Positions 28,324 to 36,629 of a stretch of 64,000 nt of DNA are shown piece by piece. The position numbers and the translations under genes are program-made. Numbering within the stretch: the stretch's first letter is position 1; the number at the start of each line of letters is the position of its first letter. The stretch lies in the IMG/VR virus record IMGVR_UViG_3300002835_000006; one strand, given 5' to 3'. The notes below the pieces were generated by a model. The model worked only from the letters and a program-made list of their open reading frames with translations, was not told the origin of the DNA and searched no databases. Origin of the DNA: a virus (lineage: Duplodnaviria; Caudoviricetes).

Positions 28324-28689
28324 TTAAAATTGGACACCATTTCCATAATCAATGAAAAGTTCTTCACCAACTTGGATTTTTCTCAGAGATTTGAAAACAA
28401 AAACGTTTCTTTCAGTGTCTGATTCCCAACTTACGTTCGGCATTTCACTATGGTTGTAATACGACCCGTATCCTGTAACCAAAACATGATTCACCCAATT
28501 TTCTGATTTAGGCCAACAAAAAGCGTAATTTTGGAAAAAGGGTAATTTTTCTTGTCTTCGGTGTGGGAAGAGTAAAAATGGGCAAGTGTCAATAATTTCA
28601 TTATATTGTATCTCTTCGGAACAAAAAACACCCAACCCATGAGTTGTACTGTCTTTGAGATATATTTTTTTTGGTGGTCTTATTTCCAT
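28324..28689 (-). CDS. minimal SET-domain methyltransferase
   Basis: HGLGVF, GSYYNHS..PN, RKIQVGEELFIDYG. Confidence 0.85.
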   Translation of the reverse strand: MEIRPPKKIYLKDSTTHGLGVFCSEEIQYNEIIDTCPFLLFPHRRQEKLPFFQNYAFCWPKSENWVNHVLVTGYGSYYNHSEMPNVSWESDTERNVFVFKSLRKIQVGEELFIDYGNGVQF

Positions 28690-28745
28690 GGTTTATGAAA
28701 AATTTTTGCTTGTAATATAATAAAACTTAAACTATTTATCAATAT

Positions 28746-29258
28746 ATGCAAAAATTAGTTCCGATAACAAGATTAGGTAAGTTCTTTGGTGGGGAAGATT
28801 ATTCTTTGGATATTGATATGGGTGAGGAGTGGTTGATTGGTGATATGAACTTCACTGTTGTATTATACAGAATTGATAGATACAAAACTAAAACTGATGA
28901 TGTATATGGTGAGGTACTTGAGGACGGCATTCAATTTATGGCACCTGTTGAACTTAAAGGTTTGGTTCAAATATTGGCACCAACCAACAAATTGCTTGGT
29001 AACTCTAGGGTAAAACAACAGGAACCTGGTAACATGAAATTTTCTGTTTATCAAAAAACTTTGGATGATGTACAAGTCGAAGTGAACATGGGAGATTATT
29101 TAGGGTATTATGAAACGGAAGACAGAGTCAGATATTACACTGTAATAAATGACGGAAGAGTAAAATCAGACAATAAACACACATACGCTGGTTACAAGCC
29201 TTTCTATAGAACAATAGAGGCAACTTGGGTAAGTGAAAACGAATTTAGAGGAATATAA
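28746..29258 (+). CDS. neck/head-completion protein, gp14-like
   Basis: VLYRID..TKTDDVYGE..beta-rich pattern; position near gp13 and gp15; TATTTAT upstream. Confidence 0.55.
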   Translation: MQKLVPITRLGKFFGGEDYSLDIDMGEEWLIGDMNFTVVLYRIDRYKTKTDDVYGEVLEDGIQFMAPVELKGLVQILAPTNKLLGNSRVKQQEPGNMKFSVYQKTLDDVQVEVNMGDYLGYYETEDRVRYYTVINDGRVKSDNKHTYAGYKPFYRTIEATWVSENEFRGI

Positions 29259-29668
29259 TGAAATTGATAATTACAGAGTCACAATTTGACTCATTATTTA
29301 TGGGACAAAGAGTTATGGTCTACTATAACTTGAACAGGGAGACATTTTCAATTTCATATTTGGGAAAGGTTATAATGCATGCTGACTACGTTAGATTGAA
29401 AGACGTTGAGTTCAGAGTTAGACCAGGTGGAAAAGAAAGAGTTAGAGATGAGAAAAGAAAAAATGTACATGCTTTTGTCATAGGTACACTTTTGGATTTT
29501 TGTGAATTTCCTTGTGATAGAATTGAGGAACCTTATAGTGATTTGATTGTGACCTATAATCCATATGTGAATGATACATTCGTACTCAAAGGTACAGACA
29601 AGCCAGTTTATTTTGCAGAAGAAGTTGAAATGGTGAATATGAAAAATAAAATTTACATAACTCAGTAA
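29258..29668 (+). CDS. conserved phage hypothetical protein with MKLIITESQ leader
   Basis: VYYNL..FS..F.V...G.ERV..EKRKNVHAFV pattern seen in phage proteins. Confidence 0.7.
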   Translation: MKLIITESQFDSLFMGQRVMVYYNLNRETFSISYLGKVIMHADYVRLKDVEFRVRPGGKERVRDEKRKNVHAFVIGTLLDFCEFPCDRIEEPYSDLIVTYNPYVNDTFVLKGTDKPVYFAEEVEMVNMKNKIYITQ

Positions 29669-29669
29669 G

Positions 29670-30710
29670 ATGCCATTACCTAAACAAGTTAAACCAACTT
29701 TACCGTTAGTTCCAAAAAAAACTTTGTATTCTAGAAGAGAAGAACTTTTGGAATATATAAACAAAGATGGAACTTATTTACCAAAGTCAGTTTTACATGC
29801 GGACTTAGACAGAGGTATGTTGGACTTTGTTAAAAACGAATTGAAAGTAGTGACCGCTGGTAAGACAATCCCTGTTTTAGATATTATACTCACTACACAA
29901 AACTGGTCTCAATATGTTGAAACTTGGAAGTTTGTAGATTTAGATAATAATCCTGAACCTCCTTTCGTTACCGTTGTAAGAACCCCCGAAGTGAAGTACG
30001 GTACCAATCCGGCTCTTAGATGGAATATACCGAATAGAAAACAATTTTATTATGCGTCAGTTCCCACTTGGGATGGAAACATGCAGGGTATGGATATATA
30101 CACAATCCCACAACCCGTTCCTGTAGATGTTACTTATTCTGTGAAAATAATTTGTAACAGGATGAGAGAGTTGAATCAACTGAACAAAAATGTTTTACAA
30201 ACTTTTGCATCAAGACAGGCATATACTTTCATTAAAGGTCAGTATGTTCCTATAATAATGCAGAATATTTCGGATGAGTCTCAACTCAATATTGATTCTA
30301 GAAAATTTTATATTCAATCATATGAGTTCATTATGTTAGGATATTTGATAGACGAAGAAGAATTCCAAGTCAAACCCGCCATACAAAGAATGGCTCAGGT
30401 TTTTGAAATTGATGGTAGTAATCTTGGTAGGAGAAGAGAAGTTTGGCCAAAGTCACCACAATCATTCCCATCTGAACTTTTGTTTGTTGTGGGTAATACA
30501 ACTTTGACCGATAAAATTTATTTCACCGCGGACATGAAAATTATAAATCTCACGAACGTTGACTCTTACGATGTTTATATAAATGGTGATTTTTATGGAA
30601 CGAACGTTCCTTTGATTCAGGTAACCAACCAAGATATACTGGAAGTAATTGTTGTAAAACTTGATAATACTAAAGATGCTGTTATAGGTTTGGAAAACAG
30701 TCTATTTTAA
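29670..30710 (+). CDS. tail terminator / sheath stabilizer, gp15-like
   Basis: Size and position before the sheath gene; beta-rich PVPVDVTYSVKIIC region. Confidence 0.55.
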   Translation: MPLPKQVKPTLPLVPKKTLYSRREELLEYINKDGTYLPKSVLHADLDRGMLDFVKNELKVVTAGKTIPVLDIILTTQNWSQYVETWKFVDLDNNPEPPFVTVVRTPEVKYGTNPALRWNIPNRKQFYYASVPTWDGNMQGMDIYTIPQPVPVDVTYSVKIICNRMRELNQLNKNVLQTFASRQAYTFIKGQYVPIIMQNISDESQLNIDSRKFYIQSYEFIMLGYLIDEEEFQVKPAIQRMAQVFEIDGSNLGRRREVWPKSPQSFPSELLFVVGNTTLTDKIYFTADMKIINLTNVDSYDVYINGDFYGTNVPLIQVTNQDILEVIVVKLDNTKDAVIGLENSLF

Positions 30711-30868
30711 TTCTCTCCGTATATATCTTTCTTTTCTTTACACTTTTCTATTATCAAGTTTTCCAAAAACTTATAAATTTTTATTCCCCTTTTTTCACAA
30801 TAGGTTTTTAGTAAATCGTGGACAGCAGGGTCTATTTTGATATTCTTTATTTCTCGTTTCTTTTTCAT
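30707..30868 (-). CDS. ribbon-helix-helix (CopG/Arc-like) DNA-binding protein, 53 aa, not in the ORF track
   Basis: Manual translation MKKKREIKNIKIDPAVHDLLKTYCEKRGIKIYKFLENLIIEKCKEKKDIYGEN: beta strand KNIKID, helix, G-turn, helix. Confidence 0.75.
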   Translation of the reverse strand: MKKKREIKNIKIDPAVHDLLKTYCEKRGIKIYKFLENLIIEKCKEKKDIYGEN

Positions 30869-30897
30869 GGTAGAAAAAAGGTAGAATTTATTCTGCC
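30869..30897. promoter_or_regulatory. candidate operator of the RHH gene
   Basis: GGTAGAA at 30869 and 30880 (11-bp spacing) plus inverted TTCTGCC at 30891. Confidence 0.45.
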
Positions 30898-30946
30898 TAC
30901 TATCAAATAGATATTATAAATCAAAGTTTTTTCATAATTATTAGAA

Positions 30947-30953
30947 TATTTAT
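30947..30953 (+). promoter_or_regulatory. putative late promoter TATTTAT for the sheath gene
   Basis: Recurring motif; 34 nt before ATG. Confidence 0.6.
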
Positions 30954-30987
30954 CAGTAAAATAAATCTGCAATAGAATAATTTAATA

Positions 30988-33900
30988 ATGGCAACAGCAC
31001 AAGTAAATCAAAAAGTATATGTGTCACCTGGTGTCTACACTTCTGAGACCGACTTATCGTTCGTAGCTCAGAGTGTGGGGGTAACAACATTAGGTCTCGT
31101 AGGAGAGACAATAAAAGGTCCAGCATTTGAACCCATCTTCATTACAAATTACGACGAGTTCCAAGCCTATTTCGGTGGCACTGAACCGGTAAAATTTGTA
31201 AACACTCAGATACCAAAGTATGAAGCTGCTTATATAGCCAAATCTTACTTACAACAATCAAATCAACTTTTTGTTACAAGGGTATTGGGATTATCAGGTT
31301 ATGACGCGGGTCCTTCTTGGTCAATCACAACTATTGCAAACGTAGACCCTACAACCGTTGACTCAACCGGTACGACTTCGTTTACAAATACATTTACAGC
31401 AACAACGGCTACCGTGACTGTTTGGGGTAACACCTTCCCTACAGAAGTATCAAATGATTTTACAACTCAATATATCTTATCTAATGGAAACACTTCCACT
31501 TACCAAGCGAGTTTAGACAACTATATACAACAAGTCTTAGGTGATAACACTTTGAGTGCAACATCATCTTATTTTTATGGTTCTGTACCTGATGCAGATT
31601 ATAATAGTATCACATCAACTTACAGTAGTACTAACAATGCGTTCGGAGTAAATAATTTAAATTTAGCGTTCAATGACCTAAGTTCATCGGACAATGATAC
31701 ATGGTTCTATGCAACATTTGACCCAGGAGCTAATAATTCTTATGATGGTTATTCTTGGGATTTCTACATAAATGATATACAGGATATTGGTTCAGGTACC
31801 TTTACAGGTTCTGTTTCAGGAAACATATATAATTTCTCGGGTACTGCTTATCCTGATTATAATAACATGGTTGTTGCAACCTTGAGGTCGAGAGGTATTT
31901 CTTTATATACAAATAATTCAGGTCCAAATCATGGTCCAATATACGAAGTTACAGGTTCGACAGACTTAGATATGATTTGTACAAATCAATATTCAGGTGT
32001 CACACAAGACCCATTTGCAACTTTCTTACTTAGTGGTGTAACAAGAGATGGTAATACATTTTCATTTGAGAATTCATTACTTACTACCTCATCACAATTT
32101 ATCACAAAAGTTTTAGGAGTGAGTAACTTTGATAAACCAAGATTTGAGACTCCTATTTTTGTTGAAGAGTTGTATGCAGGTTCTTTAGAATATGCTTACA
32201 ACCAAAGTTATATCCGTGGCTTAAATTGTAATATGGTTGCTTTGGACTCGGCTAGAAGTTTGGCTTCAGATTCTATTGCTTGGAAATTACAAAGATATCA
32301 ATCACCAAAATCACCTTTCTTAGTTTCAGAACTTAGAGGTAATAAGGTTTATAACTTATTTAGATTTATTTCGATTTCAGATGGTGATGCGGCTAACACA
32401 GAGGTGAAGATTTCAATTGCAAATCTTTCTTTTGACAACATGACTTTTGATGTTTTGGTAAGACAGTTTTTTGATACAGATGCTAATCCTATCGTAATTG
32501 AAAAATTCCAAAACTGCGTTTTAGACCCAGCAAGTAATAATTTTATCGCTAAAAAAATTGGTTCTCAGGATGGGGAATACGCATTGATTTCAAGATATAT
32601 TATGGTTGAAATGGCTGAGAATGCTCCAGTAGACGCACTTCCTTGTGGATTCAATGGTTATTCTCAAAGAATCTATGGAAGTACAGCGGTTCAAGCACCA
32701 ATGATTTTCTATAAGACAAAATACAATTTCCCTCAAGAGGTAGTTCTTGACCCACCTTTTGGTTCTGCTGCAGGTGGTGCAAATACGGTTACTTCTCCTG
32801 GTGACGTTGTTCGTAGAACTTATCTCGGTATGTCATCCTCTTACTTATTTACTATTGAGGATGCGTTCTTGCAATACTTAGGTCAAAAGAATCCTGTTGT
32901 TGGTTTTTGTACCGCAACTGAATCGGCACCTTGGAACGGTTTAACTAAAGGTTTCCACTTGGACTCAGGTGCTACGGTGGTGACTATTGGTAATGAGTTC
33001 ACAACAAGTGGTCAAACAGCATTCGAATGTGGTGTTGCTGATTTCACTTCTAATCCAAGTAGTCAGGATAATCCATATTATTTTATTTACTCTAGAAAGT
33101 TCACACTTTGTATGGCGGGTGGTTTTGACGGTTGGGACATCTATGAAGAAAGAAGGACTAATGAAGATAGATTCGCTTTAGGTGGTACTGGTTACTTGGC
33201 AGGAGCTTGTACTTCGGCAAGATATCCAACAGCAACTGGTTTCGGTACTTTCAAAAATATCACCGTTGATGCTGACAGTCAGTCATTTGCAAATACAGAC
33301 TATTACGCATATCTTCTTGGTATTCTTACTTTTGCAAATCCAGAATCTACAAATATAAATGTTTTTGCAACTGCAAGTATCGATTACGTTTATAACCAAA
33401 CTCTTGTAGAAGCAGCAATAGATATGATTCAGTTCCAAAGAGCTGACTCAATTTACATTGTCACTACCCCTGACTATAACATGTTACTACCAGATTCAAC
33501 AGACCAAAATCAAATCATTTACCCACAAACAGCGGTAGACAATCTTGATAATACAGGTATTGATTCTAACTACACCGCAACTTATTATCCATGGATTTTA
33601 GTAAGAGATACTGTGAATAATACACAAATCTATATCCCACCAACAGGTGAAGTATGTAGAAACTTAGCTCTTACAGATAACATTTCTTTCCCATGGTTTG
33701 CATCGGCTGGTTACACAAGAGGTTTAGTAAACTCAATCAAGGCGAGAGTAAAACTTACTCAACAAGATAGAGATACACTTTATCAAGGTAGAATCAACCC
33801 AATTGCGACATTCGCTGACGTAGGAACTGTAATTTGGGGTAATAAAACCCTCCAAGTTGCTGACACAGCTTTGAACAGATTGAATGTAAGAAGATTGTTG

Positions 33901-34185
33901 TTACAAGCTCGTAAGTTGATTTCAGCTGTAGCAGTGAGATTGTTATTTGAACAAAACGACCAAATCGTAAGACAACAATTCTTGGATAGTGTAAACCCTA
34001 TACTTGACTCAATCAGAAGAGATAGAGGTTTATATGACTTCCGTGTTACTGTTTCTTCTTCACCTGAAGACTTGGACAGAAACACTCTCACAGGTAAAAT
34101 TTACCTTAAACCAACGAAGGCTTTGGAGTTCATAGATATTGAGTTCTTTATCACACCAACAGGTGCTTCGTTTGAAAATATATAA
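30988..34185 (+). CDS. contractile tail sheath protein (gp18-like, 1065 aa)
   Basis: VSPGVYTSETD N-terminus; PWFASAGYTRG, GTVIWGNKTL, LNVRRLL C-terminal sheath motifs. Confidence 0.95.
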   Translation: MATAQVNQKVYVSPGVYTSETDLSFVAQSVGVTTLGLVGETIKGPAFEPIFITNYDEFQAYFGGTEPVKFVNTQIPKYEAAYIAKSYLQQSNQLFVTRVLGLSGYDAGPSWSITTIANVDPTTVDSTGTTSFTNTFTATTATVTVWGNTFPTEVSNDFTTQYILSNGNTSTYQASLDNYIQQVLGDNTLSATSSYFYGSVPDADYNSITSTYSSTNNAFGVNNLNLAFNDLSSSDNDTWFYATFDPGANNSYDGYSWDFYINDIQDIGSGTFTGSVSGNIYNFSGTAYPDYNNMVVATLRSRGISLYTNNSGPNHGPIYEVTGSTDLDMICTNQYSGVTQDPFATFLLSGVTRDGNTFSFENSLLTTSSQFITKVLGVSNFDKPRFETPIFVEELYAGSLEYAYNQSYIRGLNCNMVALDSARSLASDSIAWKLQRYQSPKSPFLVSELRGNKVYNLFRFISISDGDAANTEVKISIANLSFDNMTFDVLVRQFFDTDANPIVIEKFQNCVLDPASNNFIAKKIGSQDGEYALISRYIMVEMAENAPVDALPCGFNGYSQRIYGSTAVQAPMIFYKTKYNFPQEVVLDPPFGSAAGGANTVTSPGDVVRRTYLGMSSSYLFTIEDAFLQYLGQKNPVVGFCTATESAPWNGLTKGFHLDSGATVVTIGNEFTTSGQTAFECGVADFTSNPSSQDNPYYFIYSRKFTLCMAGGFDGWDIYEERRTNEDRFALGGTGYLAGACTSARYPTATGFGTFKNITVDADSQSFANTDYYAYLLGILTFANPESTNINVFATASIDYVYNQTLVEAAIDMIQFQRADSIYIVTTPDYNMLLPDSTDQNQIIYPQTAVDNLDNTGIDSNYTATYYPWILVRDTVNNTQIYIPPTGEVCRNLALTDNISFPWFASAGYTRGLVNSIKARVKLTQQDRDTLYQGRINPIATFADVGTVIWGNKTLQVADTALNRLNVRRLLLQARKLISAVAVRLLFEQNDQIVRQQFLDSVNPILDSIRRDRGLYDFRVTVSSSPEDLDRNTLTGKIYLKPTKALEFIDIEFFITPTGASFENI

Positions 34186-34192
34186 TAAAAAC

Positions 34193-34219
34193 GGGGGGTC
34201 CAAAACCCCCCACTTTTTT
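34193..34219 (+). terminator. intrinsic terminator after the sheath gene
   Basis: GGGGGG-tccaaaa-CCCCCC then acTTTTTT. Confidence 0.8.
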
Positions 34220-34227
34220 ATTACCTA

Positions 34228-35055
34228 ATGAAAAAAATATTACGAGAGGGAATAAAACCCGAGGGGACACCAGATTTAAAGTATTACGCATTCGATTGGG
34301 ATGACAACATTGTCCATATGCCAACAGAAATCTATTTGTTAGATGATGATGGTAATGAGGTTGGAATGAGTACTGAAGATTTTGCTGAATATAGAAGTAA
34401 AATAGGTAAAGGACCTTTAAAATACAAAGGGAGTACAATCGTTGATTTTGCTCCAAACGCCTTCAAGGATTTTAGAGTGGATGGTGACAAACAATTTTTG
34501 ATTGATGCTATGAAAGCTAAACCTGGTCCAGCATGGAAGGATTTTGTAGAAGCGGTAAACAATGGTTCGATTTTTGCGATAATAACTGCTCGAGGACACA
34601 ACCCGAGAACTCTTAAACAAGCAGTTTACAATTATATAGTTTCCGATTTCAAAGGAATAGACAAAAACCAAGTAATTAAAAACTTAAAAAAATATAGAAC
34701 CTTCGCAGGAGAACAGGATATGACTGATGAAGAACTTATAAAAACATATTTGGAGTTAAATAAGTACCACCCCGTTTCTTTTGGTGATGATATAGGTGCC
34801 ACAAACCCCGAACACGGAAAGGTAATTGCGATGCAAGAATTTGTAGACTATATAAAAGGGATGGCTGCTTTACTAAATAAAAGAAGTTTTCTTAAAATGG
34901 ATATTGTAAATAAGTTTATTCCAGCAGTACCTACAATTGGCTTTTCAGATGACGATTTAAAGAATATAGAAGTAATGAAGAAAGCTTTTAAAGATAAACC
35001 AGAACTAGTAAAGACTTATTCAACAGCTGGAGGAATCAAAAAAGAAGTAAAATAA
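34228..35055 (+). CDS. HAD-superfamily phosphatase-like protein
   Basis: FDWDDNI (DxD), ITARG, GFSDDD motifs. Confidence 0.65.
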   Translation: MKKILREGIKPEGTPDLKYYAFDWDDNIVHMPTEIYLLDDDGNEVGMSTEDFAEYRSKIGKGPLKYKGSTIVDFAPNAFKDFRVDGDKQFLIDAMKAKPGPAWKDFVEAVNNGSIFAIITARGHNPRTLKQAVYNYIVSDFKGIDKNQVIKNLKKYRTFAGEQDMTDEELIKTYLELNKYHPVSFGDDIGATNPEHGKVIAMQEFVDYIKGMAALLNKRSFLKMDIVNKFIPAVPTIGFSDDDLKNIEVMKKAFKDKPELVKTYSTAGGIKKEVK

Positions 35056-35106
35056 AGATGAGTTTTTTAAAATAAAAGTAAATAGAAAAAATTTTCACTA
35101 ATACTA

Positions 35107-35113
35107 TATTTAT
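35107..35113 (+). promoter_or_regulatory. putative late promoter TATTTAT for the tube gene
   Basis: Recurring motif; 34 nt before ATG, same spacing as the sheath gene. Confidence 0.6.
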
Positions 35114-35147
35114 AACATATAAACACAGAAATTAAAATTTTTATAAT

Positions 35148-35636
35148 ATGGCTGATTTACTGATGAAGATGCCCTTACCCTACGAACCGAAACGGCAGAA
35201 TCGATTCATTTTAAGGTTTCCTTCTAGCATGGGTATCAATGAATGGTTTGTTGAATCTGCTTCAAGACCCTCAATTAAAATAAATTCAACCGAAATTCAA
35301 TTCTTGAATACTTCAACATTTGTTGCAGGTAGATTTAATTGGGATGAAATTCAGGTAAAATTCAGAGACCCGATTGGTCCGTCTGCGGCTCAAGCATTGA
35401 TGGAGTGGGTTCGTTTACACGCTGAATCAGTAACAGGTCGTATGGGTTATGCTGCGGGTTACAAAAAAGATGTTGACCTCGAGATGTTGGACCCAACAGG
35501 AGTAGTCGTAGAAAAATGGATTTTATACGGAACCTTCCTGACAAGTGCTAACTTTGGTTCATTAGCGTATAGCAATGATGCTTTAGCTGATATCACATGT
35601 GGATTGCGTCCAGACCGTTGTGTGTTGGTTTACTAA
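35148..35636 (+). CDS. tail tube protein (gp19-like)
   Basis: EPKRQNRF, GRFNWDEIQVKFRD, W.LYGTF.TSANFG.L.Y pattern; 162 aa. Confidence 0.9.
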   Translation: MADLLMKMPLPYEPKRQNRFILRFPSSMGINEWFVESASRPSIKINSTEIQFLNTSTFVAGRFNWDEIQVKFRDPIGPSAAQALMEWVRLHAESVTGRMGYAAGYKKDVDLEMLDPTGVVVEKWILYGTFLTSANFGSLAYSNDALADITCGLRPDRCVLVY

Positions 35637-35667
35637 TAGTATTTAAATTAAAAATAAAACTTGTATA

Positions 35668-35708
35668 TTTAACCGTGGAGACATAAACTTCACGGTTAAA
35701 TTTTTTTT
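35668..35708 (+). terminator. 13-bp hairpin plus T8 terminator after the tube gene, abutting the next ATG
   Basis: TTTAACCGTGGAG-acataaa-CTTCACGGTTAAA then tttttttt. Confidence 0.7.
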
Positions 35709-36455
35709 ATGCAAGACCAAAGTAGAGACTATGGACAACAAAATTTTTCATTACCTCACGATGTTGTAATACTTCCATCAGGAGGTAAGTTTTATAAAAA
35801 CAAAAAAAAATCAGTTAAAGTTGGGTATTTGACAGCGTCGGATGAAAACATTTTGATGAGTAATACAAGCGATATTACTGGAACTTTATTGAGAAATAAA
35901 ATTTACGAACCTGATATTAAAATAGATGATTTATTGGAAGGGGATGTTGAAGCAATTCTTATTTTTTTGAGGAACACATCATTTGGACCTAACATAATGA
36001 TGAATTTAATTGACCCACAAACAAAAAAACAATTCGAAGCTAATATTTCGTTGGAAGAGTTGAATATAAAAAAACCACTTCACGAACCAAATGAAGACGG
36101 TAGTTTTACTACAACTCTACCTGTTTCCAAAGCACAGGCGAAACTAAAATTGATGAATTATGGAGAACAAACAAATCTCCAAAATATTTTCGATAGTTAC
36201 CCCCCAACAAGACCAGCACCTAAAATCACTCTTACTTTACAAAACCAAATTTTGGAGATAAATGGAAATTCTGATAAAGCTGAAATAGCTAAATTCGTAG
36301 AGTCAATGCCAATCGCGGACTCAAAATATATTAGGAAGTTCTTACAAGATGCTGAACCAAGATTGGATTTAACCAAACAAATTATAGCCCCATCAGGAGA
36401 AAGACTAACAGTAAACGTTGGTTTTGGGGTTGAATTTTTTCGCCCTTTCTTCTGA
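35709..36455 (+). CDS. baseplate hub / tail assembly chaperone (gp26-like)
   Basis: LPSGGKFY, LTASDENIL, DVEAILIFLRNTSFG, ends GVEFFRPFF. Confidence 0.75.
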   Translation: MQDQSRDYGQQNFSLPHDVVILPSGGKFYKNKKKSVKVGYLTASDENILMSNTSDITGTLLRNKIYEPDIKIDDLLEGDVEAILIFLRNTSFGPNIMMNLIDPQTKKQFEANISLEELNIKKPLHEPNEDGSFTTTLPVSKAQAKLKLMNYGEQTNLQNIFDSYPPTRPAPKITLTLQNQILEINGNSDKAEIAKFVESMPIADSKYIRKFLQDAEPRLDLTKQIIAPSGERLTVNVGFGVEFFRPFF

Positions 36456-36594
36456 GTATAGAAAAGGACAATTAGACGAATTATATTACTTATCTACGTT
36501 GCTTCATATAAGTTATTCTGATTTTATGATTATGCCCATTTTCGTAAGAAAATATCTTTTAGATAAATGGATTGAGACTCATCAAAAGGAGTAA
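36415..36594 (+). CDS. +1-frame extension of the chaperone (gp51/G-T-like), probably made by frameshift
   Basis: Frame open 36415-36594 (..NFFALSSEYRKGQLDELYYLSTLLHISYSDFMIMPIFVRKYLLDKWIETHQKE); first ATG only at 36526. Confidence 0.6.
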   Translation, partial: TLVLGLNFFALSSEYRKGQLDELYYLSTLLHISYSDFMIMPIFVRKYLLDKWIETHQKE

Positions 36595-36629
36595 AATCAC
36601 AATTACTCTATTTATAATAAAACTAAAAT

